Origin: Eledone cirrhosa
Lineage: Eukaryota
Assembly: GCA_964016885.1 (NCBI GenBank)
Contig: OZ024740.1
Span: 285,572,001-285,636,000, forward strand
DNA length: 64,000 nucleotides
Direction: 5' to 3'
Part shown: positions 52,336-64,000 of the stretch, one piece after another
Layout of the letters: each line of letters starts with the position of its first letter
How positions within the stretch are numbered: position 1 is the stretch's first letter
Translations under genes and position numbers: made by a program
Notes under the pieces: generated by a model
Database searches by the model: none
What the model was told of the DNA's origin: nothing
The model's input: only the letters and a program-made list of their open reading frames with translations

Positions 52336-52905
52336 TTTTTTATTATTAGCCACAAGGGCCGAACATAGAGGACAATACAAAGACAGGATATAGTGGGGAT
52401 TTACAAACAATCAAGTAAAAAAATTAACAAAACAAAAAAAAATATCAACAACAGAATTCCCCAATGGGGTGGATACCACCCAGGAGTGACGTTAGGAACC
52501 CCACAAATCCCCACCCACCCTCATCTCCTAGAGCACCCTAGGAGGGCACTCTTCTCTCCCTCCATCTTTCCAGCCTACAGGCACATGCTCAGAGTGGGCC
52601 CATTCACACGGGCCATTCTTGCAACAATCACCCACTTTTTAAAAAAATGTTCTGGGGAGCAACATTTCCCTCTCCACCCTTATCTTCTTTTCTAAGTGGA
52701 ACTTGAAAAAGTTGATGAGGGCTTGACCGAAGAGGACAGTGTCTGTCTTCAGACTTTTCAGTCACGTCCACCACACAACCTCTTTTGCTACAGCTATCAG
52801 ACAGAGGAAAAATCCCTGCCCTTCAAAAGAAGGCAGCGGTGCGATCTTCACTGTGGACTCAGTCAATAGCCGGATCCGTCCCACACGCGACAATAGTTGT
52901 TAAAC
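52336..52905 (-). mobile_element. L1/Tx1-like LINE 3' fragment
   Basis: Minus strand encodes FLCLIAVAKEVVWWT...GQALINFFKFHL; the 3' end finishes in AATAATAAAAAAA. Confidence 0.55.
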
Positions 52906-55900
52906 TATTGTTGTGTGTTTAGCAGCATAGAGTTACATCCCTTTACATTCTGAGTTCAAATCTCGCCGAGGTTAGCGTTGCCTTTCATCCTTACGGGGTC
53001 GATAAATAAAGCACCAGTAATGTACTGGAGTCGATTTAATTGACTTTCTCTTTTCCCCAAAATTGCAGGCCTTGTGCCTAAAGTAGAAATCATTATTATT
53101 AGTAGTAATGGTAGTAATAGTAGTAGGGCAAATAAAGAAATTATTATATATTTTATTATTATTTTAACCATTAGCTATATTTATGCTGAGATGATAATTA
53201 CTGTTTGAATTAGGGAGAAGAAAAAACTTATAAATGATCATCACACCTCAGTTGTAACAAAAGGCTTAAATATATATTCAAATTATAGATAATTAAAACA
53301 TATATTAGTTAAATTATATTCTCTTTCAATTTTAATTTACCACTAATAGGTATAGCTTTAATCTTATTTCAAATTCACTGTTGATTTAATCTTGTAGTAC
53401 TATAATCTGTAAAGTGTGTCTGTGTGTCTGTCTGTCTAGTGTTGTTGTGTTGCTCCAGGTCAGCTCTGAGTGAATAGATAGATAACATACAAGTAGTCTG
53501 CTGAACAATTAGGTGAGACTCTGTTTCCTGTTTTACTATGCCTGTACACAGTTGAGGATTAATGTTCCCGCCAATTTTTCCAACTACTCTAGAACTACTG
53601 CGTGACAACTTTCTAAATCCACTGCATGACCTCAAACCCACAAAGCTTTGAGAGAATTTTGTTGAAGATCATACTGCACACACCAGTGAGGATGATTGGA
53701 TGATTTGTAATAGAAAACATGGAAGCAGAGACTAGAATCAAGAGGCCTAAATGTAAATCCAGCAAAGACAGAAGTCTTAGCAAGAAGGATTTTTAAAGTT
53801 GTCCCTCTGGAGTCTCGCCATTAAGTGCCCAGCCCTCACTATAAAGTGGTTATATAGGTGTTATGACAAAAGTATGGAAATGGTATGAATTTAGCAAGCT
53901 CTGTGGAGCAGAGACCATTTTAGTAACAGTAGAAGAGGCAAAGAGACAAGACAGCAATTCTGTGGGCTATAGGTTGGAAAGTGTCTGTGAGTAACTTTAT
54001 GCCAAGAAAGTGCAGATAGAAATTCTATATTGTATAAGGCAGGCTGATAGAGAAGACTCATATGTAGCAGATGCACAGAAATAGTTATCAGTAAGAACAC
54101 CCATAAAATGATTTTTTTCAAATGCCTGAAAGGCTCCATAGAAGTATGCTATTTAAACAAATAAAAAAAATCTTAGGAATGGTCCTTCTGGCAAAAATAT
54201 TTTATTGTTGAATGAAGGTAGTTGGACAAATCATTTCCTGAATGAGTGAACAAATATTATCATAACCACTATAAGTATGAAATCTGCTTGTTCTCTCTGG
54301 AATCACCCAAGAAAACAAAACTCACCTAATTGATTACAGGAAGTTATCCATCCTGTTTCATGGAAAGTATCTAGTTAGTTAGGTTCAAATAATTATTAGT
54401 GTCATACAAGCAGTATTATTGAACTAAATTTAACTATGTTGATTATATGAAAGAATGATATTATTCAGTAAACGAGGTGCTTGCTCCCAGACTAAATGAT
54501 CATTAGTTCAAACAGTGAAATAGATTTTATGTCATGAGGAAGAAATCTAACATTTTGTGCAGAACTCTTTACTGGGGAAAGCAGAAAATGACATCAGTTG
54601 TCAGGGATGTACTGTGATGGTAGGCAAAATCTACTTGGTTTCTCTCCATTTATTTAGTAGCATGAAAAAAGAGAAATTATAAGTTTAACATAATGTTTTG
54701 TAATACATGAAATTGCATTAAGATGTTCTTGAAAAATACCAGCCAGCACTATGATTACAACACATTAAAAGATAAAATCTCTACTTTAGTTTACTGCAAA
54801 ATTTTACAACTTTTTCTCTAGTAAAGATACTGTAAACATTTGAATTGACAAACCCGTTTTTTTATATTTTCTGCTAAATCATTACAAAGTGTTAAGAGTT
54901 AACTGACAAGAAGTTAGACTACAATATGAATCTTTTCAAACAGGAAATAATGATTACTCCCATTGGCACAGACATAATATGTAGGAGGTAGCAGGCAGTG
55001 AATTAACAGAATCATTAGAACATAGGACAAAATGCTTTGTAGTATTTGGTCCAACTCTGTGTTCTGTGTTCAAATTCTACCAGGGTCAACTTTACTTTTC
55101 AGGGTAGTGGATTGGAAGAATTGTCAGTGTTAAATGAGATGCCTTATAATATTTGTTTTGACTCTATGAATTTTGAGTTCAAATTTGTCTGTGGCTTACT
55201 TGGGTGGAAAACGTAATCCTTCACCTAGTTTTATGCCAGCACCTTGCATGCCTTTAGTGGAGTCCACTCTTGCAAGAATTCAAACCAGATCTCTAGTTTG
55301 AGAATACCATTCTTTCTCCCACCAGTCTCAGAGACTCTCAAGAAGGGTCATGGGTATTGCCTTTCTCTCCCTAACTAAATAGTGAAAAAAAGAGTGGGGT
55401 GAAGATGCCTATTGGATGAATTTTACTGTATGACTAATATATCTATTTGATCAAACTCAACTCCGGCAGAATTTGAACTCAAAACAGAACTAAACAATAT
55501 TTTAAAGAAACACTTAGTTTGATGCTGTACTGCCTCAGCCACTTAACCTTCTTCAATCAAGAACTAGATATTGAAGTGTTGCTGAAGGATGATAAACAGC
55601 AAAGCATGTCAATTGTATCCTTTGATTTGTGTGTGTTGAGAATGCCTTTAATTCATTCTCTCAAGTTGCCTAAGTATGTGAGGGAGAATATGATTTGTAT
55701 CTATTCTTAGCAACTCTTCATTTCTTTATTAATAATTACTATCCACTTAGCATTGTAACAACCACCTCTTGTAGATTACTACAAAAGTAGTAGGGCTATG
55801 ATCTGAAAATAAGAGTTTTGCAATTACAACTGTATATATGATAGCTTTTTCTGTGCCTGTATTTTTAATATTTTTGTAAATATAAAGATGGAGGCATGGC

Positions 55901-58900
55901 TGTACAGTAAAGCATTTTGCTTTGCAATCATATGTTTCAGGTCTGATTCAGACAGACCTGAATGAATTTTTAGATGGAAACTATAAGGGAGCCTTATGAA
56001 TGAATTTTTAGATGGAAACTATAAGGGAGCCTGTTGACAAACAAATCACATTTAACCCTTTTGATACTATAAAACACCTAAAATGGAAGAATGTTTGTTA
56101 TATTCCAAACACCAGTTTAATAATGAAAAAGTTAGTTATATTACTAAATCTTTTCAAATTTTTGAATATTTTCAAAATTATTTGATGATCACAGGCAATA
56201 TGGTAATGAAAGGGTTAATCTTAAAGGAAAATGCAATATATTTCCAAGCTAAAATAAATAATCACAGATAAATCACATTTTAACATAAAATGCAAGAGGA
56301 TTTTTTAGCTCCTGTTTTTTTATTTTTGCTGTACAACTATAGCTTTAGTTAAACTATACTTAAAATAACAACAAACAGCATTTTGTTGTACTGTTGTTTA
56401 TTGTGTGACAAACATTTACAAAGTGTAATGAGGAATCTGCCCTTGAAGTCCAGGTTTTGTTAGTTGCTTAACCAGAAGACCCTTCACTATTGACCACTTC
56501 AATAATCGGTCTGCAGTAAAGTCCCTTCTGTCAACAGTTTGCCTTTATAAGCTTGCGGCAATGCTCTACACAACCAAATTCTATTTGACCTATACATACC
56601 CTGTCAAGCTGTTGCATCATTTTAAGTCTACTGAACTTATCAACTTATTGATTCCATCTCTTTACTTTACAACATGTCTTTGGTTACTACAGTAAACACC
56701 CTAAAGAATGATACCATGATTTTTTTATCTATTAATAAAGAACAATTAATGGATGATTGACTTTTCTGAATTTAAGAAAACCTTGTTAGTTCTGAGGGAG
56801 GTGGTTAACTTTGATAAGCCATAAGATATTCTGTTTGATCTTGGTTTTAGATAACTGCCTGAATCAGTGAGTTTTGTAAATAGTAAGGTTCTTTTATTTG
56901 ATTTTTCTATGAGATAGTTCATAATATAGATGTAGAATTTTGTATTCTATTTTCATTTATGCTATGTTCTTTTTTTTTTTTTTTTTTTACTTAAAATAAT
57001 AAATTAAAATTGTCTGTGACAGCAAATTGACTGAAGCATAAGAACAATGTTTCTCAAGGTGGGTCATGGAACTTCAGAATAAAGTGTATTTTGTCTGATC
57101 ACGGTGGAATGCATTTTTTTTTTTAAATTGAAGTGGCGTTGGGGCAAAAATGATTGAGAAACACTGCATTAGTGCCAGATAAAATTCTTTGTTACTTATT
57201 CTGATTCCTTACATTCTGAGTTTAAATCCTGCTGAGGTCAACTTTGCCTTTCATCCTTCCAGTGGTTGATAAAATATCAATCCAGGCTAGCGGAATCATT
57301 AGAACATTGGACAGGATATCTTGTGTTATTCATTCCATCTTTCTGGGTTCCAAATTCAAATCTCTCTGTGACCCTACTTGGGTGGTAGCCTTAATCTATT
57401 GTTTGGTTTAACACCATCACTTTTCCTCAGGTACCAGAAGCACTCTGTTGGGAATGGTTTTATCTCACATAATTATCTAACATAATATTGAATCTATGAG
57501 ATTTTATATTTATTTTGAGAACAATACCTTAACATCAGTATGAGCAGCCAGTTACAACCAGTTTAAAGAGAAAGAGGTGAGAGAATACTGGCCGGGTACA
57601 GCTGGTTTAAATGCTAAAGGTTTAAGGATACTTTCCCTGCCTCCTTCCCACTAGTCTTGGAGGCTCTGGAAAAATAAGGGTCATAAGCACTGCACTTCCT
57701 CGCCTAAATAAAAAACAAAGAAATAAAATGTGCATATATGTATATATAAACATGCAGATTATTTATATATGTAAAATTATTGCAAAAGAAAATGCTTCGT
57801 GTTATTTTGATATTGCAGCCTTTTAATATATAAAGTTGAAAATGTTATTGATGGTTCTCTTGGAAATTAAACATATAGTTTGTAATCTAGGTTTCAATGA
57901 TAAAAACAATAATAGAAGAGAGTATAAAGTTAGTGAGTTAGATTTTTAAGTTGTGTATTTGATTGATTCTCTTTACAGTAGCATGGTTTGACATTTATGT
58001 CTCTGTTTGCAGATGTTATATTTCTTTCCAGATTGTCGTCATTTGAGGTTCAGCAATTACGTAAGAAGTAACTACTATCATAATCATCTTTATCGTTTTT
58101 ACGTCATCATAATCAACTCATGTTGACATGGGCTAGAGAGGAAAAGGCTTTTTCGATGACCTTTCTAACACCAACCCTTACTTGTTTTTAAGCCCCTTTC
58201 ATTAGCATATTTTTAATGAAAGATACTATCAATGATTTCCAAAGCATTTTGAAAATAATTGGGAATTTAGTAACAGAACTTTTTATTAAAACAAAGTGTG
58301 GTTTCAAACTGTTCCGTATTGAAAAGGTTAAGTAAGGTATGGATCTTTGCATGCCTAACTGGTGAACGATAGTTTTTCTGTTTACGTCAACAATAAACAA
58401 ACATCACCATCTGTTCACTAACAATATCATTTGCAAAAGAATGACATAGACAATCACACATATACACATATACTCATGTATATTGTATATACATGCATAA
58501 GTCGCACCAGTAAATAAATCCCACCTCCATTTTACATACATTTACAATGTACTATATATTATTGAATTTTGGTTTTGTAGCTCCAGTAGGTAAGTCAAAT
58601 GGTGGTTTTACATTAATTATTATGGAAAAAGGTGTGACATACATGAGCATATGGTTCCACGTTAAAAGGCACCCTTACACTTTGTAAAGTGGTTGGTGTT
58701 TGGAAGGGTATTCAGTTATAGAAACCATGCTAAAGTTCGAAATGTATGAGGGTGACCGGGTCCCCTAACTCATCTAGAAGGGCAAAAACTCTGAATAAGA
58801 AGACATGTAAAATGACTGACACACACACATGCATGCGTACACACACACACGCGCGCATACACACACACACGTGTATACACACACACAGCACACACACAGA

Positions 58901-61167
58901 CACACACAATGGGCTTTAAAGGTTTTTTTTCTTATCAGTTTCTCTCTCAAGGTATTGATCAGCCCAAAGCAATAGTTAACGACACTTATCTAAGGCATTG
59001 TGCAGTGGCATATAAACCGAGATCTTAAATGTAAGTTTATGACAAACTGTGAAGATGGAATATCATTTTTCTCGTATGAAAGTGTAACTACTATTTAATG
59101 CATTCTATCTATTATAAAGAAACAATACTTATTGCCACATGGATTAGTCAGTGACTTAATATCTTGCTCTAAATCTGTACTTTAAATTTCTGAATAATTT
59201 GACAACTGTAACACAACACTTGGTGTAACATTTCAGCAGTGTTTCTCTATTCTGCCCTGTCTATCATTTCCATCTGAGAGATCATATTATCTCTGTAGCT
59301 ATTGATAGTGAGATTTCTTATATTGATTTCTTACATTGGCACTATAATTTACTGTGTGTATCCATTTTAGAATAGGTACAATATATGCCTGTATGTTGTA
59401 AGAGGTGACTAAAAGAGTTGGCATCACAAAAGGCATCTGGTCGTAAAACATGGTCTCTAAAAGGACATCTAGTTCAAATACTTGCACAGAGTGGACACCA
59501 TTTAAGGTACCCAATGGCAAGGTGGTGATTTTAACCCTTTAATGTTCAAACCGGCCAAAACCGGCCAGAATTCTCTACCTTTTTCTGTTGAAACCCGCTG
59601 TAACTGGCCACTCATACTTATGTTAAGGTATTGTTCTCAAAATAAATACTTTCAAAATCTCATAGATTCGATATTATGTGAGATAATTATGTGAGGTAAA
59701 GCCTTTACCATGAAAATATAATAGTATATGTAGAGTAATGCGAATGCTAAAGTGTTAAACCAAATGACAGTTTAACACCACCACCTGACCTTTCTTCAGG
59801 AAGATACCTATACTACATCAAATTGGCAGATATTCTGGAGATGAAGGTGATAGAAGTAATCAACACCACCATTGTCGTCATTAGCTTTAACCCTTTAGCA
59901 TTTAAGCCTGCCATATCTGGCTAGAATTCTCTCACCTCTTTCTGATCAGACTGGCCATAACCAGCTGCTCATACGTATGTTAAGGAATTGTTCTCAAAAT
60001 ATATAATATCAAAATCTCAGAGATTCGATATTATGTGAGATAATTATGTGAGATAAAGTGTTTACCATGAAAGTACAATAGTAAATATAATGTAAATGCT
60101 AAAGGATTAAGAAGTAAAATGTTTGGTGAAATTCCTAGCAATATTTAGTTATACCCTTTACATTGTCTATATACTAGCCAAGATTTCAGTCCTCCTGGGG
60201 TTACTTTAAGTATAGTGATGCACTGGAATTATTTCAATCAATTATACCCCTCCATTACAAATTTGTGATTATTGCATCAATACAACATCAAGTGTTTTAA
60301 GGCCATTTTCCAAACTAAAGCAGGGATTAGTCTTTAGCTCTTCATATCACATGATTAGCAAAATAATGAGAATATTAGATTGCACCAATTTCTGTGAAGA
60401 TTTCAAAATTAAATTTTGTTTGTTTGAAATGTTATAACTAAGCAATTAATTTGATGTTCAAAACTCTACCATAGTGTTACCTTATGCTCAGCATATTACC
60501 TATATTTGAAAGTAAATATCTATTAATATAGATAATTCTTTCTACTTTTGACACAAGGCCAGCAATTACCCAGTGCATTACTGGTACTTTATTTTATCGA
60601 CCCCGTAAGGATGAAAGGCAAAGTTAACCTCGGCGGGATTTGAACTCAGAATGACAATGCATGGCGTCCAACCCTCTACTGATACTGCCAACCCACAGAT
60701 AATGTTTAAAATTCAGAAATATACTTAATTATTACAACTACTTAACACTCTAATTCGATGCAATATCCAACTCATACAATTATAGGAAAATGAATGTAAA
60801 ACAGATTTTTAAAAATGTTTTTGTTAGTAGTTTAAAGCTTTAGTATTATTGCTATAATAAGTAGGGAATTAGTATAATCTTTATATTCCTATTATCATTG
60901 TTTTCTCTGAATTTACTTACTACATCACTATGGTAAGGTTATTGTTGCTTTTTTCTTTTTTTTTTCTTTGATATCTTTTTTTTATATTTCTGAGAAGTAT
61001 ATTGTTCTTTATCACACGTTTTTATCATTGTCATGGCAATCAAACAGCCTTCTTTGTTGATTTGAAGATTGGTATCACATTAGAATATATGTGAAGATTA
61101 TTCTAAAAATATCAGACCTACAGAAAGAAAGCAGTCAAAAACTATTTTCTCTTTGACTGAATAATAA

Positions 61168-61356
61168 TTGTTTCTACTTTTGGCACAAGGCCAGCAATTA
61201 CTCCAGTGCATTACTGGTACTTTATTTTATCGACCTCGTAAGGATGAAAGGCAAATTTAACCTCGGCGGGATTTGAACTCAGATGATAATGGGCCGTAAC
61301 TCTTTGCTGCAAAGCATGGCGTCCGACCCTCTACCGATACTGCCAATCCACCACCC
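61168..61356 (-). mobile_element. Young family B SINE copy
   Basis: Near-identical to 47436-47618 and 60539-60695, with CpGs retained. Confidence 0.85.
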
Positions 61357-64000
61357 TTGACTGAATAATAATAATACTTCAAGTGTATTAAAATATCTTC
61401 CATCAACTCCAAGTCATTAATTAGTAGGATGTTCATTTTATTAAATGTTTTTAACCCAGGGAATAACATGTTCTGGATGGATGGCGTCTTGGTATTCTGT
61501 ATCCAGGGAATTAATCTCTCTACTATAAAACAAACAAACACAAAAAATAAAATAAAAAACATCTCAACGAAATTAATATTAATCATGAAATTCCTGATAC
61601 CTGAAGCATATAATCTGTTCATGTTTTATTTTAATAGCTGTTTTCAGTTTCCCTGTGTTTAATCCTTGTGTGTGTGTGTGTCTCTGTGTCTGTGTTTCAT
61701 ACTGTCCTTATTATTAGAATGGTTAAAGAATGCAAACTCTTCATTACCTTCATTGACTCTGATTTAATGGAGAAAGAAATTCCAATATAAACACTGTGTA
61801 AAATATGAAAGCTCTGAAGGAGATAAAGCAGGTTTGTGTTCTGTTAGAAATTTCTGTCACAGAGCTGATTTTTGGAGCGTAACTTAATAAAGGTTCTTGT
61901 ATAAAATTATGACAGAAGGTTTAAACAATTTATAATAAATAGTTTTGCATCGTAGAACTACAGGCAGTTTCAGGTGGTCTGGTATGAAAGGGGTGTTAAC
62001 CCTTTTGCATTTAAATCGGCTGTATCCGGCCAGAATTCTCTCACTTCTTTCTGTTCAAAGCAGCCATAACCGGCTGCTTATATTTATGTTAAGGTATTGT
62101 TCTCAAAATAAATAATTTCAAAATCTCATAGATTCAATATTATGCGAGATAATTATAGAAAATCTCAAATTTTATAGTATGTGGTTTAATATTGATTGAT
62201 TGTTAAAATAAATAAAAAAATAAATAAATAAGGAAAAGAACCAAGTTAAATATATTATGATTATTATTATTAAGGTGGTGGGTTGGCAGTATTGGTAGAG
62301 TGTCGGACAGCATGCTTTTGGCATATAGTTATGGCTCTTTATGTTCTGAGTTTGAATCTTGCTGAAGTTAGCTTTGCCTCTCATTCTTACAGGTCAATAG
62401 AATATACTACCAGTAACATGCTGGGGGTTAATTTAATTAATTTTTCCCTCCCCCAAAATTGTTGGCCTTGTGCCTAAATCAGAAACCATTATTAACCCTT
62501 TAGCCTTTACATTACTCTATATTTGCTATTGTATTTTCGAATCTACGAGATTTTTATATTATTTATTTTGAGAACATAAGTATGAGCAACCAGTTATGGC
62601 TGGTTTGAACAGAAAGAGGTGAGATCATTCTGGCCAGAAACAGCTGGTTTAAATGCTAAAGGGTTAAGGCATTGGATTGACAAAAGGCCTTATGGTATTT
62701 AATTATGGATCTTTACATTCTTTAGGAGACGATTTAATCAACAAATGCCTCCTTCCAAATTCTAGCCTTGTACCATTATTATTATTGTTGTTGTTAGGGC
62801 GGTGGATTGGCAGTTTCGGTAGAGGGTCGGATGCCATGCTTTGCAGCACAGTTACGTCCCTTTATGATCTGAGTTCAAATCCCGCCGAGGTTGACTTTGC
62901 CTATCACCCTTATGGGGTCGATAAAATAAAGTACCAGTCACGCACTGGGGTCGATTTAATTGACTTTCCCCTCCCCCCAAATTGCTGGCCTTGTGCCTAT
63001 AATAGAAACCATTATTATTATTGTTGTTGTTAATAAGGATGTGATTGGAATTGTGTTGCAGCAGAAAGTTGTCAGCAAATCAGTTTTGATTCCCTACTGT
63101 TGGAACTACTTCATTCAGATTGGAAGAACTCAACAATTCCCTAGAGTTTATCCTTTAAATTTTTGTATATTAATTTTTTTTTAATTAGATAATCCCAAAC
63201 AAGGTGTGAAACTGTTTAGTGTAAGGGACTCTGAAGAAGGAGAAATTAAGACAAAAGGAATGAATTTACTTTAGACTTGAAAGAGTTCAGGTCATAAGGA
63301 GGAGGACAGTTTCTCAAACTTTAAGAAAATACTATAACTGTATAATGAATGCAGTACATTTGATAATTATATAAATATATATAAACCATAGAGATATTAA
63401 TATGAATTATATATATTTGTTATTTATATCTTGAAAGTTGTAGTTTTATCTATCTTTTATTCTTCTCTTCATTAGTAGGATTGTGGAGAATTTCACCTTT
63501 TCCCTATAGTTCTTAGGTTTGGAGTGTCTGTGTTCTATTATGAAATCTGAATCTATTTCTAACCAGACAGCTATGTTTGTAGATAAACTTTGGAATATGG
63601 TATTTCTTCCATTCCAAAGCAGTCTATATAAAGTTTAGATATTTATGGTATCAGTATGAATATTGTAAGCTTTATTTGGTTGTTTAGTCTTTTATCATAA
63701 CTGCATTCTTCATATGTTGAAAGAAGGAAAACATATGTGAGGCTGTTCTTTTTTAATTTATATTTAAGTATGTCTTCCTCTGGCAATATCTTTCATATTT
63801 ATAAAAATAATGATAATACCTGATGTAGACATTTGTTTACATTTGTTTGCACATTTATTGATCTATATTTAATCATTTATCTATATTACTATAGTTCAGT
63901 CTATGTCTGTCTTTTTATATCTGTATACATATATGAGGGTTGGCTGAAAAGTTCATAAGCTTACAAAGATACTCTCATGGGATGACCAAATGAGGTTTAT

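Noticed and set aside
55959-56032. ~37-bp direct duplication (a similar 25-bp one is at ~38121-38172)
   Set aside because: Ordinary local tandem duplication in decayed repeats.

Overview
Eukaryotic, very AT-rich and microsatellite-dense DNA. The SINE/MITE content suggests an octopus (cephalopod) genome, which is an inference. No intact host CDS is evident, and most listed ORFs are (TA)n/(CA)n artefacts. The window holds a decayed Helitron and two non-autonomous Helitrons, two Penelope-like retroelements (PLEs; one with RT + GIY-YIG between ~700-bp inverted repeats, one 5'-truncated), CRE, RTE, Vingi, CR1 and Tx1 LINE fragments, and many SINEs and MITEs. The main signal is a set of short non-coding elements, mostly in (TA)n tracts, that carry type I hammerhead ribozyme (HHR) motifs. 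Many are asymmetric palindromes: short arm, loop, then a long arm with a 30-90 nt extension. Some have a full HHR on both strands. Others fold back inside HHR stem II, so only the GAAA-stem III-cleavage-site half is duplicated and the CUGANGA core is lost. From about 33-38 kb onward the DNA looks like a CpG-depleted host intron. All ribozyme calls come from reading motifs and base-pairing by eye; none were computed or tested.
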